Positions 1-13,500 of a stretch of DNA of 64,000 nucleotides are shown piece by piece. Each line of letters opens with the position of its first letter. Position 1 is the first letter of the stretch. Position numbers and translations under genes: made by a program. This DNA comes from Narcine bancroftii. Its lineage: Eukaryota. Where the stretch lies: contig NC_091471.1 in the NCBI RefSeq assembly GCF_036971445.1, positions 368,590,001-368,654,000 of the forward strand. Direction: 5' to 3'. Under the pieces are notes generated by a model, which ran no database searches, was not told the origin of the DNA, and saw only the letters and a list, made by a program, of their open reading frames with translations.

Positions 1-654
1 AACCAGCCCTTCTCAAGCATCTGGAAATTATTTGGTATGGAATGATGACAAATAGTCCAGTGAAAGTACAAGTCATTCTTACAAATTGTTCCTCATTAAT
101 GGGATGCTCAACTCAACAATCCCTGATTACATCTCATCCAACAACTGATTAGAATAGCTTCAGTCGAAAAATTCAAGTTTCAGGTCAAACTGCCAAAACA
201 AGAATCAATTTGAGGCCAACAAAAAACCATTAGTTGAATTTAGTGGTCACTAAACATCAATTTTAATGTGGGACAGAAATTAAATTAAGGTTAAAAAGGG
301 CAAAAATTGTAATCATAGGAAACACCAGGATGTAATTTGGTCAGATGAAATTCAGTATTTTACAAGACATTTGGATAAACATGGCAAGAAACCCTAGACA
401 ACCATTTTGAAATTCAAGGACCAAAGCTCCTGTGGTCCACCTTTTGTAGTAATCCATGCATGTCACCCTTTTCCACAGCAGACCTGAAAATCTTGGTGAA
501 CTGAACAAAGACCTTCAAGTACTAACTGCCCCACCCCCACCATGGGACTTTTGTTGTTTTTAATCCACCTGGGGCTCCTCATCCAACTACAACCCAAGAA
601 CTCAAATGGGAGCCCTCAAAAGCATCAACATTTGGCATTTCATTCCAAAATGGT

Positions 655-862
655 TGGTGGATGGCACGATTAGCACAATGCTGTTACACTGCTAACAACT
701 GGGGTTCAAATCTGGAACTGTCTGCAAGGAGTTTGTACGTTCTCTCTGTGGGTTTCCTCCTGGTGCTCCAGTTTCCTTCCACCTTTCAAAATGAACCGGG
801 ATTTTAGGTCAGTTGGGTCTAATTGGGCAACACAGGCTCTTGAGCTGAAAGGTTATTGTAGG
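655..862 (+). mobile_element. HE1/V-SINE-like tRNA-derived SINE
   Basis: B-box-like GGTTCAAATC plus the core ggagtttgtacgttctc...gggtttcctc..gtgctccagtttcc. Related copies at 3310-3522, 61478-61652, 57430-57600 (minus) and 50255-50335. Confidence 0.75.
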
Positions 863-1404
863 TCTAAAAACTACAAATAGCCAGTCGACAAACAGGAACT
901 ATTCCTTGGACTCGTGTACCACTGTCATTAGTCAGGATCAAGCTTACTCACAGGTCTCAAAGTTAATGTCTTCCTCCGACCTTCATAGCTCATGTAAATG
1001 GCTTCTCTCCTTCCATGACCTGAACCATTTACAGTTAGTAAGTACATATTGAACTCATTTGAAATTATGGAAACAAGTCCTATTTTTGTGGCTGGTTATG
1101 AATCTTTGGGGAAAGAAAGATGCACCACGGATTCACCTGACAACAAGCAATGTCAGAATGAGTCTGGCAGTTTGACACTATTCCAAAAACACTGGTTGGC
1201 ATTTCAGATGTCCCTACTCAAATTATCCGCTTTCAAAAATGGTTAATTGAGTGCAATATTAACAAAGGATCCATTTGTTGGAAAACCAGGTGACTGGAGG
1301 AAAGCAGACCATGCTGACAAAATCAAAACAGACTGATGAGCAATTCCATGATTTATGTGGCAAAGCTGCGCTATAGGGTTTGTATTGTTAACTGCATGGA
1401 TAGT

Positions 1405-1650
1405 CGACTTAAATCCAAGCTATAATACTCCAAATACAGGATCGGGCAAGGCACATTTCCTCCCAAGTAATAGGAAAATTATTCCACTTGATTTTTATAT
1501 AAAAATTAGCAACAATTCTATTAAGCAAGAGTAAATTATTCAATTTATACAAATTTTTTAAATCATTATCAATTCCAATACCAAAATATTTGATACCCAT
1601 GTCTGGCCACCTAAATTTTGTGACTATTTTACAATATGTATAATTTTCTC
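1405..1650 (-). mobile_element. L1-clade RT fragment
   Basis: FRWPDMGIKYFGIGIDNDLKNLYKLN...WNNFPI resembles the IKYLG region of fish-type L1 ORF2. Confidence 0.6.
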
Positions 1651-1677
1651 AGCGCCAGTATCAGATGATGTCATCCC

Positions 1678-2498
1678 ATACCAGGGATTGAAGGCCTCAA
1701 TCCTAGTATAATCCCTGGCGTCTGCAAATTCTGGTGTTGCAATTGCATTGTAGGATCAAAGTGACCCAAGTTTTTGCGTGAGTGCAGGAACGCGAAGAAA
1801 TATTAAAATGAAGTTATAAACTTCGTTGTGGGAAAGTGTGGGAGAGAGAGCAGAATAGCGGACAATTTTTAAACAGCTTGGGAAAGTTGGTAGCACTATA
1901 GCGCACAATTTATGAAGACCATGGGGGGGGGGGGGGGAGGCGACGATGGACCCAACTTCCTAGAATGCCATGCAGCAGAGAAACCCCACAATGAGTGCTC
2001 TGTACATGCAGCTGGGCACACAGCCCTTTGTCTGCCACACAAAATTCTGGGAGGGCAGGTCCGTCATCACTTTTCCTCACGATATTTATAAATTGTACGC
2101 GATCACGCTACCAACTTTCCCATGTTGTATAAATTCTCCACTATTGCTATTTATTGCTCGCACTTTCCCTCAGTCCCTTATAAAGGTTTATATAGGTCGG
2201 CACAACAACAACAGGGGCTGAAGGGCTCATACTGTTGTACATAAGTTATAATTAGGGATGATTAATTTTGTTTAAATAGAAGATCATAATACAATTTAGA
2301 GCAGGTCCACTATCGCTCGATGCACCATGACATCATCGGTAGAAGGTAGAACTGTCCCAACCCCAGGGATGGCTCCGTGCAAGTGTGAAAGCATTCAGTG
2401 TCCCAGTTAGGAGTGGTCAAGTGTGAAAAGCCAAACACCCATTCCTAACCTGAGACACTGAACAGCCGATTTTGAGAGATCCAAGTGTGAAAGGGACT
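1678..2498. mobile_element. Second, inverted, one-end-truncated copy of the Harbinger-like element
   Basis: Reverse-complement similarity to 8615-9500 throughout; ends CAAGTGTGAAAGGGACT. Confidence 0.7.
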
Positions 2499-3309
2499 AA
2501 TGAGAATCTAGAGAAACTCTAGTCAGGCAGCACCCATGGAGATGGGTTTTGGATCACAACCTTCTCTTGATAAAAGATTGCATTGCTGACATTAGTTCTG
2601 GCTGCATCATTAGTTTTCACAATTCCACATCAACTGTGATGGTGAAATTTGACCTCTGGATCATCACGGCTGCACAGGTAGTTCATCTTTATTCAAGTAT
2701 TGCCTCTGTTCTAAGCTGCAGAAGCATCCATTTGCCATCTCCGATTCCAAAACTTCAGAAGGTTATCTCCAGGGCAAGAAAGCATTCAGGTGAGAGCACT
2801 GGGCAGATAGATCACTTTAACCAGTCATTCCAACTCTTCTGGAGATAGCAGCACCATATTAAACTGACCCTTTTGTCTTCCATCCTTTTGAAAGTTGCTG
2901 GAAAGTCACTTTGTCAGGGGTATTTTGACCAAACTTCAGTCACCCTCTCCAAGTGGGTTTTGCAATGCGAACTTGACCATGTGATTATGAATATTTTAAC
3001 TTCATTTTGAAAAATACTATTGTTCTACCCAAAACGGTTTCATTTGCAGATTAAGTCACATGCCAAGATGTGGAAAAAAAAACAGCCTTCAGTTATTGCT
3101 GACTGAAGAGCAAAAGAAATGCTGAAAATTCTCTGCTCATCCTGCATTTGTGGGAGAGAAACAGTTAAACGTTTCAGGTCGAAACCCCTTAATCAGAAGT
3201 GGGAAATTCGACACATTTTAGCTGCAGGGAAAGTAAGAGAGAGGATGCCTCTCCAAAGTAAAAACTGGAGGGTCCATGGGAATAAGCTGTAAACAAGGTT
3301 ATCTGAGAG

Positions 3310-3522
3310 CAAGTTAACGGTTAGGGCAATGCTGATACAGCGCCAGCAAACGTTATTCAAATCAGGCACAGTCTCTAAAGAGTTTGTATGTTCTCCCCGT
3401 GTCTGCATGGGTTTCCTCTGGGCGCTCCAGTTATCTCCCACCCTTTAAAAAGATATGGAAACTGTAGATTAATTGGACAGCACAGGCTCGTGGGCCAAAT
3501 AGGCCCATTACCCTGCTGTATG
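3310..3522 (+). mobile_element. HE1/V-SINE-like SINE
   Basis: Core gagtttgtatgttctccccgtgtctgcatgggtttcctctgggcgctccagtt. Confidence 0.75.
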
Positions 3523-5879
3523 CCAATGGGTTTTTTTTGAGAATATGCAAAAACTCAAGTTGCAAAAAAGATCAGGCAAAGCATATCCTTCACTTCCAGA
3601 GACTAGTCAATATCAGATGGATGACTGATTCAAACAGTGAAATCAAATTTCACCAAGTTTAGTATGCGAGATCGAAAGGCAGCTTCATGCCTGGAGAGAT
3701 GTATGAATCCTGACCAATAGGTCAGAGTAGGATGGAGAATTAAATTGGCAGACCTTGCGAAGCTCCATCACCCACTGTCAGGATACTGCTCTCCTAAACA
3801 TTCACCAAATTTGTGTTTCATTTAGATTAAGTGCATACAATATGCTAACTTGCAAAAACTAAAGATCATAACAGCATGTAAATCAAAGCAAGCCAACAAA
3901 AACAAAGTATTAGCTCAAATTTTACCTGAAACCCTACAAGAAATTAGATCATTCAGATTAAATCAATTTGAACTACAACCAGGATTAAACACTGCAAACT
4001 AGGATGTTAAAAAATTTTTTCCTACTCCTTCCCCCACGCAGCCGTCAAAAACTGAAAGGGCTTCCTTACCCTCCCCCAAAGATTGCTTACAAGTTTTCAG
4101 CCAGTGAAAAATACCAGCATTCTTAAGATAGGAACCAGTGTTTAGAAAAATTGCACATTCCTGACATTTAAACAAGGACTCTAGGTCGTTATCTTATTTT
4201 TTTTTTTAAATTGCATCAGCCAAGAACTCTCCCCCCCTAAATGCAAACTAATTAGCTTGACCTGCTTGAAGGTTTCAACCGCAGCAAATCTAAACATTGT
4301 CTATCTTGTCCTTGGGACAGAGAAGAAATTTAATTTGGTTCTCATGAAGCCAAAACTAAGCACCTGTTTACAGTTCAATAAATTTAACTGGTCAAGTTAT
4401 TTTTCTCAACCGGCAGTTTGCAGCAAATCCATCAGTATTTGCACTTTTAGAAATTTCACTCAACCAAAAAAAAGCAAAAATGCGTTAAGCAACTCAAAAA
4501 TCATATAATGAATGTGAAAAGTTTCACTAGGAAACAGTAATGGACAGGCATGTTTTGAACACAGCAACAGGAAAGCATTGTTATAATGGACAAGTTAACC
4601 AAATTCTCCAATTAAGCAGAACAGAATGAAAATTAGTTCATTTCTACACTGTTTTTAGCAAACCAATCTGGAACAATGGATTTCAGCAATTATTGATAAT
4701 TACAGCTTTGTAAAATGTGTTACAGTGCTCATTCAAATCAGTTGCAATTTCAAAACAAAGTTTTTTTTGACACAAGGCAGAGTTTGTTGTCCCAGTGAAT
4801 CAACCCACTGTTCAAGATCTGGGAACTTAAATAAAATATTAAAACCATGACAAAAATTATTAAATGCATTTCTGGACAAAAACACTTAATTCAGAGTTTG
4901 AACTTGAAGGCAAGAAGACCCTCGATCAAAATTCACAAAATGTATCCAAAGATTAGCTTGGTAACAGGAAACAGAGGGCAATTTGATCCTCGTCAGAAAG
5001 AAATAGGTGAACTCGTGACAAATCACAGTAGTTACGAGAATTTCACCCAAGATGCCATCAATTTGAAATTGAAGCGATCTTGGAGATTGTGCATTGTACA
5101 ATGGTTTGCATCCAGAATGGTCGATAAAAGTTGTCAAAGCTGTGCAAACAAAGACTGACCTTCAAACTTGCATGGAAAAATTGTCAGCACAGCATTTAAA
5201 AATGGTGGAGTAATTCCCAAGTAACTAACCAGTACAGTGGCTGGAAAAATCAGGATGAAGCAGAGGACTCACTCATTCAGTTGCTACGATTACAACAGCC
5301 ACTTAAGAGTCTTGTCAACTCAGAACTTTTTGTTCAAGGCAACGTTATCCAAGTTTAATATTCCAGCTGTTGCAATCAAAATTGGATGGAAAAACTTCAT
5401 TGTACGAATTCTCAACATGTCCAAGCAAATTTGACAACATCGGTGCAGCAAGACACGGACTTTTATCACAGTTCTGGAAATAAGAATTTAACGAGAACAA
5501 GGTTAAATCAGGAAAACAAACATTCAATAAATGTAGGTGACAGATACTGAACCAAGTAATAAAGCTTTAGAAGAAAACTTAATTTAAGAGGGCACATTGT
5601 AAACACAGTTAAGTGAATAAAAGGCAACGTTCACTCGGATAAAGATAAAAATTGAGAATCTGATTGTGTGGTGCCGGAACGATCTTGCTCTCAACATCAA
5701 GACCAAAGAGCTTATTGGAGATTTTTGCCAGGTAAAGTCGAGGAACCACACACCTGTCTTCATTGATGGGGCCGCAGTGAAGAACATCAGTGCCTCCAAG
5801 CTCCTGGGAGTCCACATATCATGGGACCTCACCTCGATCCAGCACAGAAGCAATTGTGACAGATGAAGAAAGACTGGAT

Positions 5880-6870
5880 AAATCAGAGTTCTGCTCATGG
5901 GAATTTGAGGAATGAGAGGGGGCTCTCCTCAAGACTGACAAAATTCTGACAGGACCAGACCGGTTAATGAAGGAAGATTGCTCCTCATGTTGGGCAAGTC
6001 CACAAGGGTGTACAGTCTAAGGATAACGGGGAAGCCATTTAGGATTGAGATGAGGAGACACTACCGACCACAGAAAGTTGTTGAGGTCCTTATAGCTAAA
6101 GGAATCGTTGGGTGTGCAGAGATATAGGGTACTGAGGTTGTATGATCATAGAAAATGATGACACAGGCTTGAAGCTGAATGGCTGTCTCCTGCACCCAAT
6201 GTCTATGATATTAAGAGTAGCCATGAAGTATTTTCTTGTCAAATGAGAGATGATGCATTTGGAATGTCAATTAGGAGTAGGTCATACACCAAGGAAATGA
6301 GACTGAGGAATACAGATGAACGGACTTCAGAGTCCAAGTGCATTGTTCCCAAAAAGTGCAAATACAGGTAGATATGAAGGCGGCCACATGTCATTCTTGT
6401 CTTCGTAGGTTAGAGCATAGAACATTAAAGTTGGACATTACTACAACTTCACAAAACTGGTTTGCAACACTTGGGAGTAAAGCATGCCATTCGTCACCAA
6501 GGATGAGATCATGGCCAAGAGTAGAGACTCATCAAGATGGCTCTGGATTTGACAGCATTAATTATGAGAGACCATTTTCCCTGCAGTGAAAAAGGGCCTC
6601 TGATCAGACAGATATGGTTTTCCTCCCAAAGTGTATAGAAACAAAACTGTATCACTCTGAAGGAGAGAGGAACAAGTTTTAGGGGGTCAAAGGGAAAGAA
6701 CTCCAAGCCTGGTTGATATCTGGAACTTGCTGTGGACTAGAACTACTGTATTTGAGGTATCCTGATTAATGCTGAAATAGGGAAGGCAAAGGATACAGAC
6801 CAAATGATTAGTCCAGTGGGCAAATAGGTCAGCCTGGACAAGGTGGACTAAAGGGTATGTTTCTACTCAA
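5880..6870 (+). mobile_element. Two decayed CR1-like 3' fragments
   Basis: Degenerate similarity to 21908-22445. Boundaries approximate. Confidence 0.55.
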
Positions 6871-8614
6871 TGATTGCAAGCAACCAGATCCAATCTGATA
6901 CAGGTACAATATGGTCCAAAGAAACATCAGATTTAAGGATTTAAATGGAGAAAATGACACTAAAATCAAGCTGTCGATGAATAGGTGACACTCACACTGA
7001 GCAGCCTTTGTGCAGTGATACCTGGAAGGTTCGAGGCAACAAATGCATCCAAAAAAGACGATGCACCAAAGCCTGACAACGTTGCATAGAGCTGTTCAAG
7101 GATGATGCAGTTGTCCCATTTTCCTTCCAGATTTAAAATAACAATTTTATTCTTGTGCCAATTAATATGGTACCAGACTGATTTCAATGAAATTTCCTTC
7201 CCATAAATGACTAGTTGTCAGTGATTGTTTAAGTACACTGAAAGCCATTTGGTGGCCAAAAGAATTCCATTAAGATTTAACAAAGGAACAAGGTACAATG
7301 GTTTTCAATTCATTGATTCCAAATTTCACCAGTCAAATAATAGATCACAAGCCAGTTCTAGCAATGAGATCTTATCCAAAGGCTACTCTGGCAGCATCAA
7401 CGTAGCAGTTGCATTTTGGATTTTCAAACTACACACACCATGCAGGGAGTGAAGCAGAACAAACAGAAACACGGAAATGAAAACCAATTCACTGTCCTCT
7501 CAACAAGGACTTTCCCCCAATAACAGTACATTCATTTGTAACATTCAGATAAATTTACCAAGTGCCATGTTTGATCAAAAGGTTTGGACATTGTATCTAG
7601 GTCAAGCATCAAAACTAGCCAAATCTACCAGTTATCATACAGAGATGCATCATGGTGTTAGATTAGTAATAATATTTATACAGTATCTACCTTTTCACTT
7701 GCTGACCTGCTCAAAGTGACATTGGATAAATTAGCACAGATGTCAATTCAAATTGCCAAAATGGGGTAAAAAATTGTACCTAACCTCATACTAAACTCTA
7801 GCATGAAAGCAATTGCACTTTGCTTTGTCTGACGGCCCCTGATGTTTTGACGCACAATCAAACTCAGTATTGGCCAAATGTTTAAGAAGCCAGCAAAACT
7901 CATGCAGTTAAGGCTTGAAATCTTTTGAAGATGGAGATGCAAGTGATAGAACACCAATTTTCTGCTACTCTTACTGAAATTTATCCACTCTTATATGCTC
8001 CAAAGTTTCTAGCACTTCCAATAGAAACGTGTTCTCCCCAACCAACAATATCCTTTGCTATCAATTTATGGTATCGCACCATTTCTTTTGGAGAGAGTCC
8101 AGTGCTTCATTTGTGTTCATTCTGCTTTTTGCAAAACAACACTGCTGCAGACTTCTTCTGCATTAAGCTCAAATCACAGCATGCAGCTAGGTCAAGTCGT
8201 TTGGATCACAAATCAATTTTTGCTCTTTTGGGAATGCTCCTTCAAACAATGCAAAAGTTACACATTTGTTCAGAAAATGAGGATTGCAGAATGGTACTTC
8301 AATCTCGACACTCCCTACAAACGCTTCAGCAAATGCCATGCACTTCTGAATCAAGTCAGCCTCATCTCAAGTCGCCTTCATTTTGAAGTATCGAGTTGCC
8401 AAAGTCAATTTCTTTTTTGTTTGGAAAAACAGCCTTCAGGGCACAAGTAACCAGGCGAATGACAGGGGCAAAGGTGAAAACAAGCTCGCTTGGAGCCCAT
8501 TCTTTTGCTTAACTTCCGAGCAAATGAAATGTTGACATCAAATTTAAAAACTGACTGCTGACCATTTGAAGCTGAGAACTCTCCTACCAATGAACTTCAT
8601 TCAAACCCATCAGA

Positions 8615-9577
8615 ACCCCCTTTTACACTTGCATCCCACTAAATTGGCCATTCAGTCTCCTGGGATAGGAATGGGGGGGGGGGGGGGGTGTTGGCTTTTC
8701 ACACTTGACTACTCCTAACTGGGACACACACTTGCAAGGCACCATCCCCGTGGTTAGCACTGTTCTACCTTCTACTGGTGACGTCATGACGCGTCAAGTG
8801 ATGCTGGACCTGCCCTAAATCCTGATGTATTTTGATCTTATATTTGAACAAAATTAATCATACCTAATTATAACATAATTAAGCTTTATGTACAGCACCG
8901 TATGGGCCCTTCAGCTCCTGTTGTTGTTGTGCCAACCCATATAAACCTTTATAAGGGACCGTGAGAAAGTGCGAGCAATAAATAATAGCAGTCAATTTTT
9001 AAAAAGGTGGGAAAGTTGGGTGCTATAACGCTCAATTTATATAATGTGGACAGCACTATCAAGTACAATTTATAAAAACCATGAGACAAAGTGATGGCAG
9101 ACCTGCCCTCCCAGAATGCAGTGAGGCAGAGAAAGGACTGAATGCATGGAGCATTCATGGAAGGGTTTCTCTGCCGCACAGCATTCTGGCAGGTCAGGCC
9201 TGCCATTGCTTTTTCCCCCAGTCTTTATAAATTGGGCGCTATAGCGCAACCAACTTCCCCACGTTGTTTAAAAATGGTCCGCTATTGCTTTTTCCTCTCA
9301 CCCCCATTGTGACTTTCCCATGGCAAAGTTTCTATCTTCATTTAAATTTTTTTCTTCCTTCACATTCCTGCACACACACAAAAACTTGGTTCACTTCAAT
9401 CCCACAATGGAATTGCCCATTTCATCCTTGCCTGACTGCAACACCGGCGTCTGCAGACGCCGAGGATTGTACTAGGGATCGAGGCCATCAATCCCTTGGC
9501 CAGTGTTGAGAGATTTTGCTTTCACACTAGATACTTTAAAGGCAGAATGGTGGTCACTTGCAAGTGTGAAAGTGGCT
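8615..9577. mobile_element. Non-autonomous PIF/Harbinger-like DNA transposon
   Basis: 19-bp TIRs ACCCCCTTTTACACTTGCA / TGCAAGTGTGAAAGTGGCT (16/19 match), 3-bp TSD AGA, no ORF. A second copy lies at 1678-2498. Confidence 0.7.
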
Positions 9578-11110
9578 AGATACAGGAATTATATTCTTCC
9601 CTTTAATTAGATTGGGAATTTAAAGGAACAGACATGTCCCAAATCTTGCTGTTATGCAGTGGACATAGAAACAGGCTGAGCTGAGAGACAGCGTGCAATA
9701 AATTAAATCATTTTAAAAAGATAAATTGCGTAGAGTGTAAACAAACGTACATTTTATCAAGTGTTTAGACTCTAGATAGGACAATTCATTCCACACTATG
9801 ATCACATGCCATCAGTATCCAATCAGCCATCCCTCAATGTAGTGGTCACAAGCAGGTGATTAAATCCAAGGATGTGCATGGATTTGCAAAAACTTTAGAC
9901 TTGTTGACTCCAACTCAGGAACAACTATCAACTATAACTCCTTGTGATTGCAATAGATAATGATCTTTTTCTTTCTTTGTAGGCAGGGAAGGGAGGAGGG
10001 AGGGTTTTATATAAAAATGATTAATCATATTATGTCTGTATTAAAAAGACTATAACACCTTGTTAATTTTCACATTTCCAAATTAAACTGAAAACTTTTC
10101 TTTGAAGAACTTATCTGATGGCTTTGTGGCAGGTCCTGATCGGTCATCTGAAAAGCCTTCAAACGCTCATTCTTCTGTTCAATTTACTCACCTTTGTCCC
10201 CCAAATCAATCATTGCAATGCCACAATTTTGAATGTCCTTTCTAACCAGAGAGAAATTCCCAAGACATTAAAAAATTCTGATTATCCCCCAGCAAAGTAC
10301 ACTTTTCAAACTGTTCAGTCACTAATCCAAAAGGCTCTCAAAAAAAATCAGATTTGATTCATTTCTGCATAATGAGCCAAATATTAATCATGCTACAAGC
10401 ACTTTCTAAATTGGATGGCAGTAAAACTACATTATTCAGGCTACAGGAAAGACATTAAAAATCTTTGAACCAATCCTGTTAAAATTAGTTTCATGCTACA
10501 CTTAAAAACAAACTGCCAACAAGTTTAACAGCAAGTATTCACTTTGACATCCCGCAATCAGCGATTGTTCAGTTGCCTACAATCTCAATACCAAATAGCC
10601 AAGAAATTCAGTTCACTACTTTTTTCAGTGAAATCTGTTCACTTTTTTTTCTGCCCCCTCTATAAGTCTCAAAAAAAAATTTCCCTGTACCAACATGTAG
10701 TCACACTTAAACATGTCGTATCTAGTCAATTGATTAATAACAAATGCATTGGGTCTGAAAACCTCCATTTCACCACATTATTAAATACGGTCCACAAAAT
10801 TCAATTGTTTATTTTGCGTTATGAGGAAAACCTCAAACTCCTGTTACAAATAATTAATTTCCCCATGGAAATACTCAGTATGCAAGTATCACAGTTCTTC
10901 GAAGGGTCCAACAAAATTAGACGCAGCTTCACAATGTCAATGGACACTTTCCACCCTTATCACTATCCTCCCATCAACATAACAACTTCATATATTTTGA
11001 TACCAATTGTAGAAAAAAATCTTGTTGAAAATGAAATTAAGTTTCAATATTGGTAAATGCAGAAACACTGCCAATCTACTTGAATCCCAGTTAGAATTCC
11101 TTTCCTACTG

Positions 11111-11558
11111 TTCTTTCTTTCTTTGGCTTGGCTTCGCGGATGAAGATTTATGGAGGGGTAATGTCCACGTCAGCTGCAGGCTCGTTTGTGGCTGACAAGT
11201 CCAATGCGGGACAGGCAGACACGGTTGCAAGGGAAAATTGGTGGGTGTTGGGTTTTTCGTCTTTTGTCAGTGAGGTGGGCTCTGCGGTCTTCTTCCAAGG
11301 AGGTTGCTGCCCGCCGAACTGTGAGGCGCCAAGATGCACGGTTTGAGGCGAGATCAGCTCACTGGCGGTGGTCAATGGGGCAGGCACCAAGAGATTTCTT
11401 TAGGCAGTCCTTGTACCTCTTCTTTGGTGCACCTCTGTTTCGGTGGCCAGTGGAGAGCTCGCCATAGAACACAATCTTGGGAAGGCGATGGTCCTCCATT
11501 CTGGAGACGTGACCTACCCAGCGCAGTTGGATCTTAAGCAGCGTGGATTTGATGCTGT
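11111..11558 (-). mobile_element. RTE-clade LINE 3' fragment
   Basis: Same family as 13501-15107 (LRWVGHVSRMEDHRLPK...), with an (AAAG)n tail and small internal deletions. Confidence 0.93.
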
Positions 11559-13500
11559 TACTCATTGCATAAAGCTCATTAGTGAAGCAATTAATACAAA
11601 TTCAGCAGACAGATATATTTTGTTCAGTGTCCGTGCATGTGATCAAGGCAGATATTCTTGAACAAACAGACAAGTTTTAGATTAAATGGTGTCATCAAAC
11701 CTGTCACTTGTGTATCATTGCCAGATCAGAAATCAGTAATTTGGAATAAGAGTGGTTCTGAGTTTTGTTCCAATTTATTAATATAAAGCATAATCAGCCC
11801 CCCCCCCCAAAACAAACAAAATCTTCTTTCCAAATCCTTCATGACCACCTAGCCAGTAAAATTATAATCATTACAAAGGATGCATGTCAGAAAAAAGTCC
11901 CTTAAATCTTGAAATTGTATAAAAGATGATACTAAAAATGCAAAATTACCCAAAACATCCACAGAGTCTATTAGTGCAGCATTTCAAGCCAGAATACAAA
12001 GATGCCCTTGGCTCACTCCAAAAAAAAACCAGCTACTAGTCATTTTCTTTTAGAGGTTGGATTTCAATTCAATGCAACCTCTATAGTTCGAGAAAAAATA
12101 CAAAATTAATGCTCTCTTTTATACACATTCTACAAGAATTGCTGCCAGCCCTCCGGTTAAAGGTGCCCTGGCCAATGAACACCAAACTAAATCAGATCCT
12201 GAGTACATTTCCATTCGAGATATTTTGCAAGCATAAAATTGGCTAGCATTTCCTTTATTAGTAACCATAAATAGAAAAAAAATTGGCTGCAAAATGCTTG
12301 GTGTCCTAAGGAAGTAACAATAATCATTTCAGAAAGTAAATATCTAATCTGTTATGGATGGTGCTTTACCTCAACTTTACTGTCACATTTAAGGTTTGAG
12401 CATTTTTGCTATTTAAATCTATTATCGGTGGGTTAAACTTAAAGTTTACAGAAGGCAAGTTCCGAACGTGCACACAACACCTCAAGTTCAACATGGAAAT
12501 ACAAAATGAAAACTTTCCCTGTAAATCTCAGTGAGCATGAAACAGCAGGGGCTCAAAATCAAAGATTGAGGTTTTAAAATAAAATGAAACTTGCAGATTC
12601 AGAAGCCTAGTTTAAAAAAAGTTAGAAATACTTGGGCACTATTTATGGAGCAGGAAAACAGTCAATGTTTCCACACTAACATTTCATTTGAACAACTGTT
12701 CTGATACCAAGTGGAAAGGCTAACTAACATTCTACTCAATTTTCACCCAAGTCCTCAGGCCTTATATCGGAACTGTTATACAAGATCCTGAACTTAAGGA
12801 TACAGTATTCTGTTCCTCAAAGTTTGTGGGAATTGGGGCCAGAGATATAATAAGGAAGAAAAATAATTGAATCAGATTTGGTTTCCAGATTATTGTCACA
12901 AGTACATATATATCATATACAACCCTGAGATTCCTTTTGCCTGCAGGTGCAACAGAATTGCCACTCATTGGTTAGTGAAAAAAATAAAACTATAAATGGA
13001 TAATGAATGTAAACAAACTGACTGTGCAATTTACTACAGAGAGGCCATTTCTGTACGTCACTCCACTTTTGCTGCACTCCCAAGTCCTTCCACAGCTTCT
13101 CCCATTTAATGATTCAGTTCTCTTTAAGGCCACAATGGAAACGGCCTCCACTAAATCTGCATGGATTCAACTAAGATCTACAATATTTCATATCATTCAT
13201 ATAATTCTCTTCCCCTTTATATTACCCTCATCTTCAACCACAGAGGGAACAGTCTTCCACACCACATTCTGTACAGGCCCCTTAGCTTTAACAAGTTATA
13301 TGCCCCCTAGTTTTCTAATGAAAATTCTCCAATCCATCCTTGTTATAGTCACTCAACCCAGAAATGAGGCAGACCAGAGCCTTAGTTTCAATTGTTTTCT
13401 CCCCCTCCCCTGCAGTTTTTTTACTTCATTGAGAAAGTACACGATTGTATTAATTGACTCCTTTTACAACCTGCCCTGACATTTTCAATCACGTTAAATC

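Noticed and set aside
7750-8600. Coding-like composition with overlapping ORFs of 131-153 aa
   Set aside because: No recognisable domain or splice-consistent exon, and stops occur in the best minus-strand frames. Possibly an ancient decayed element; needs a profile search.
12370-12518. Open minus-strand segment bounded by tttacag and AG|GTAAAG, a possible MXRA7 exon 2
   Set aside because: The peptide (GKFSFCISMLNLRCC...) has no resemblance to the acidic or conserved MXRA7 sequence and is likely a chance match.
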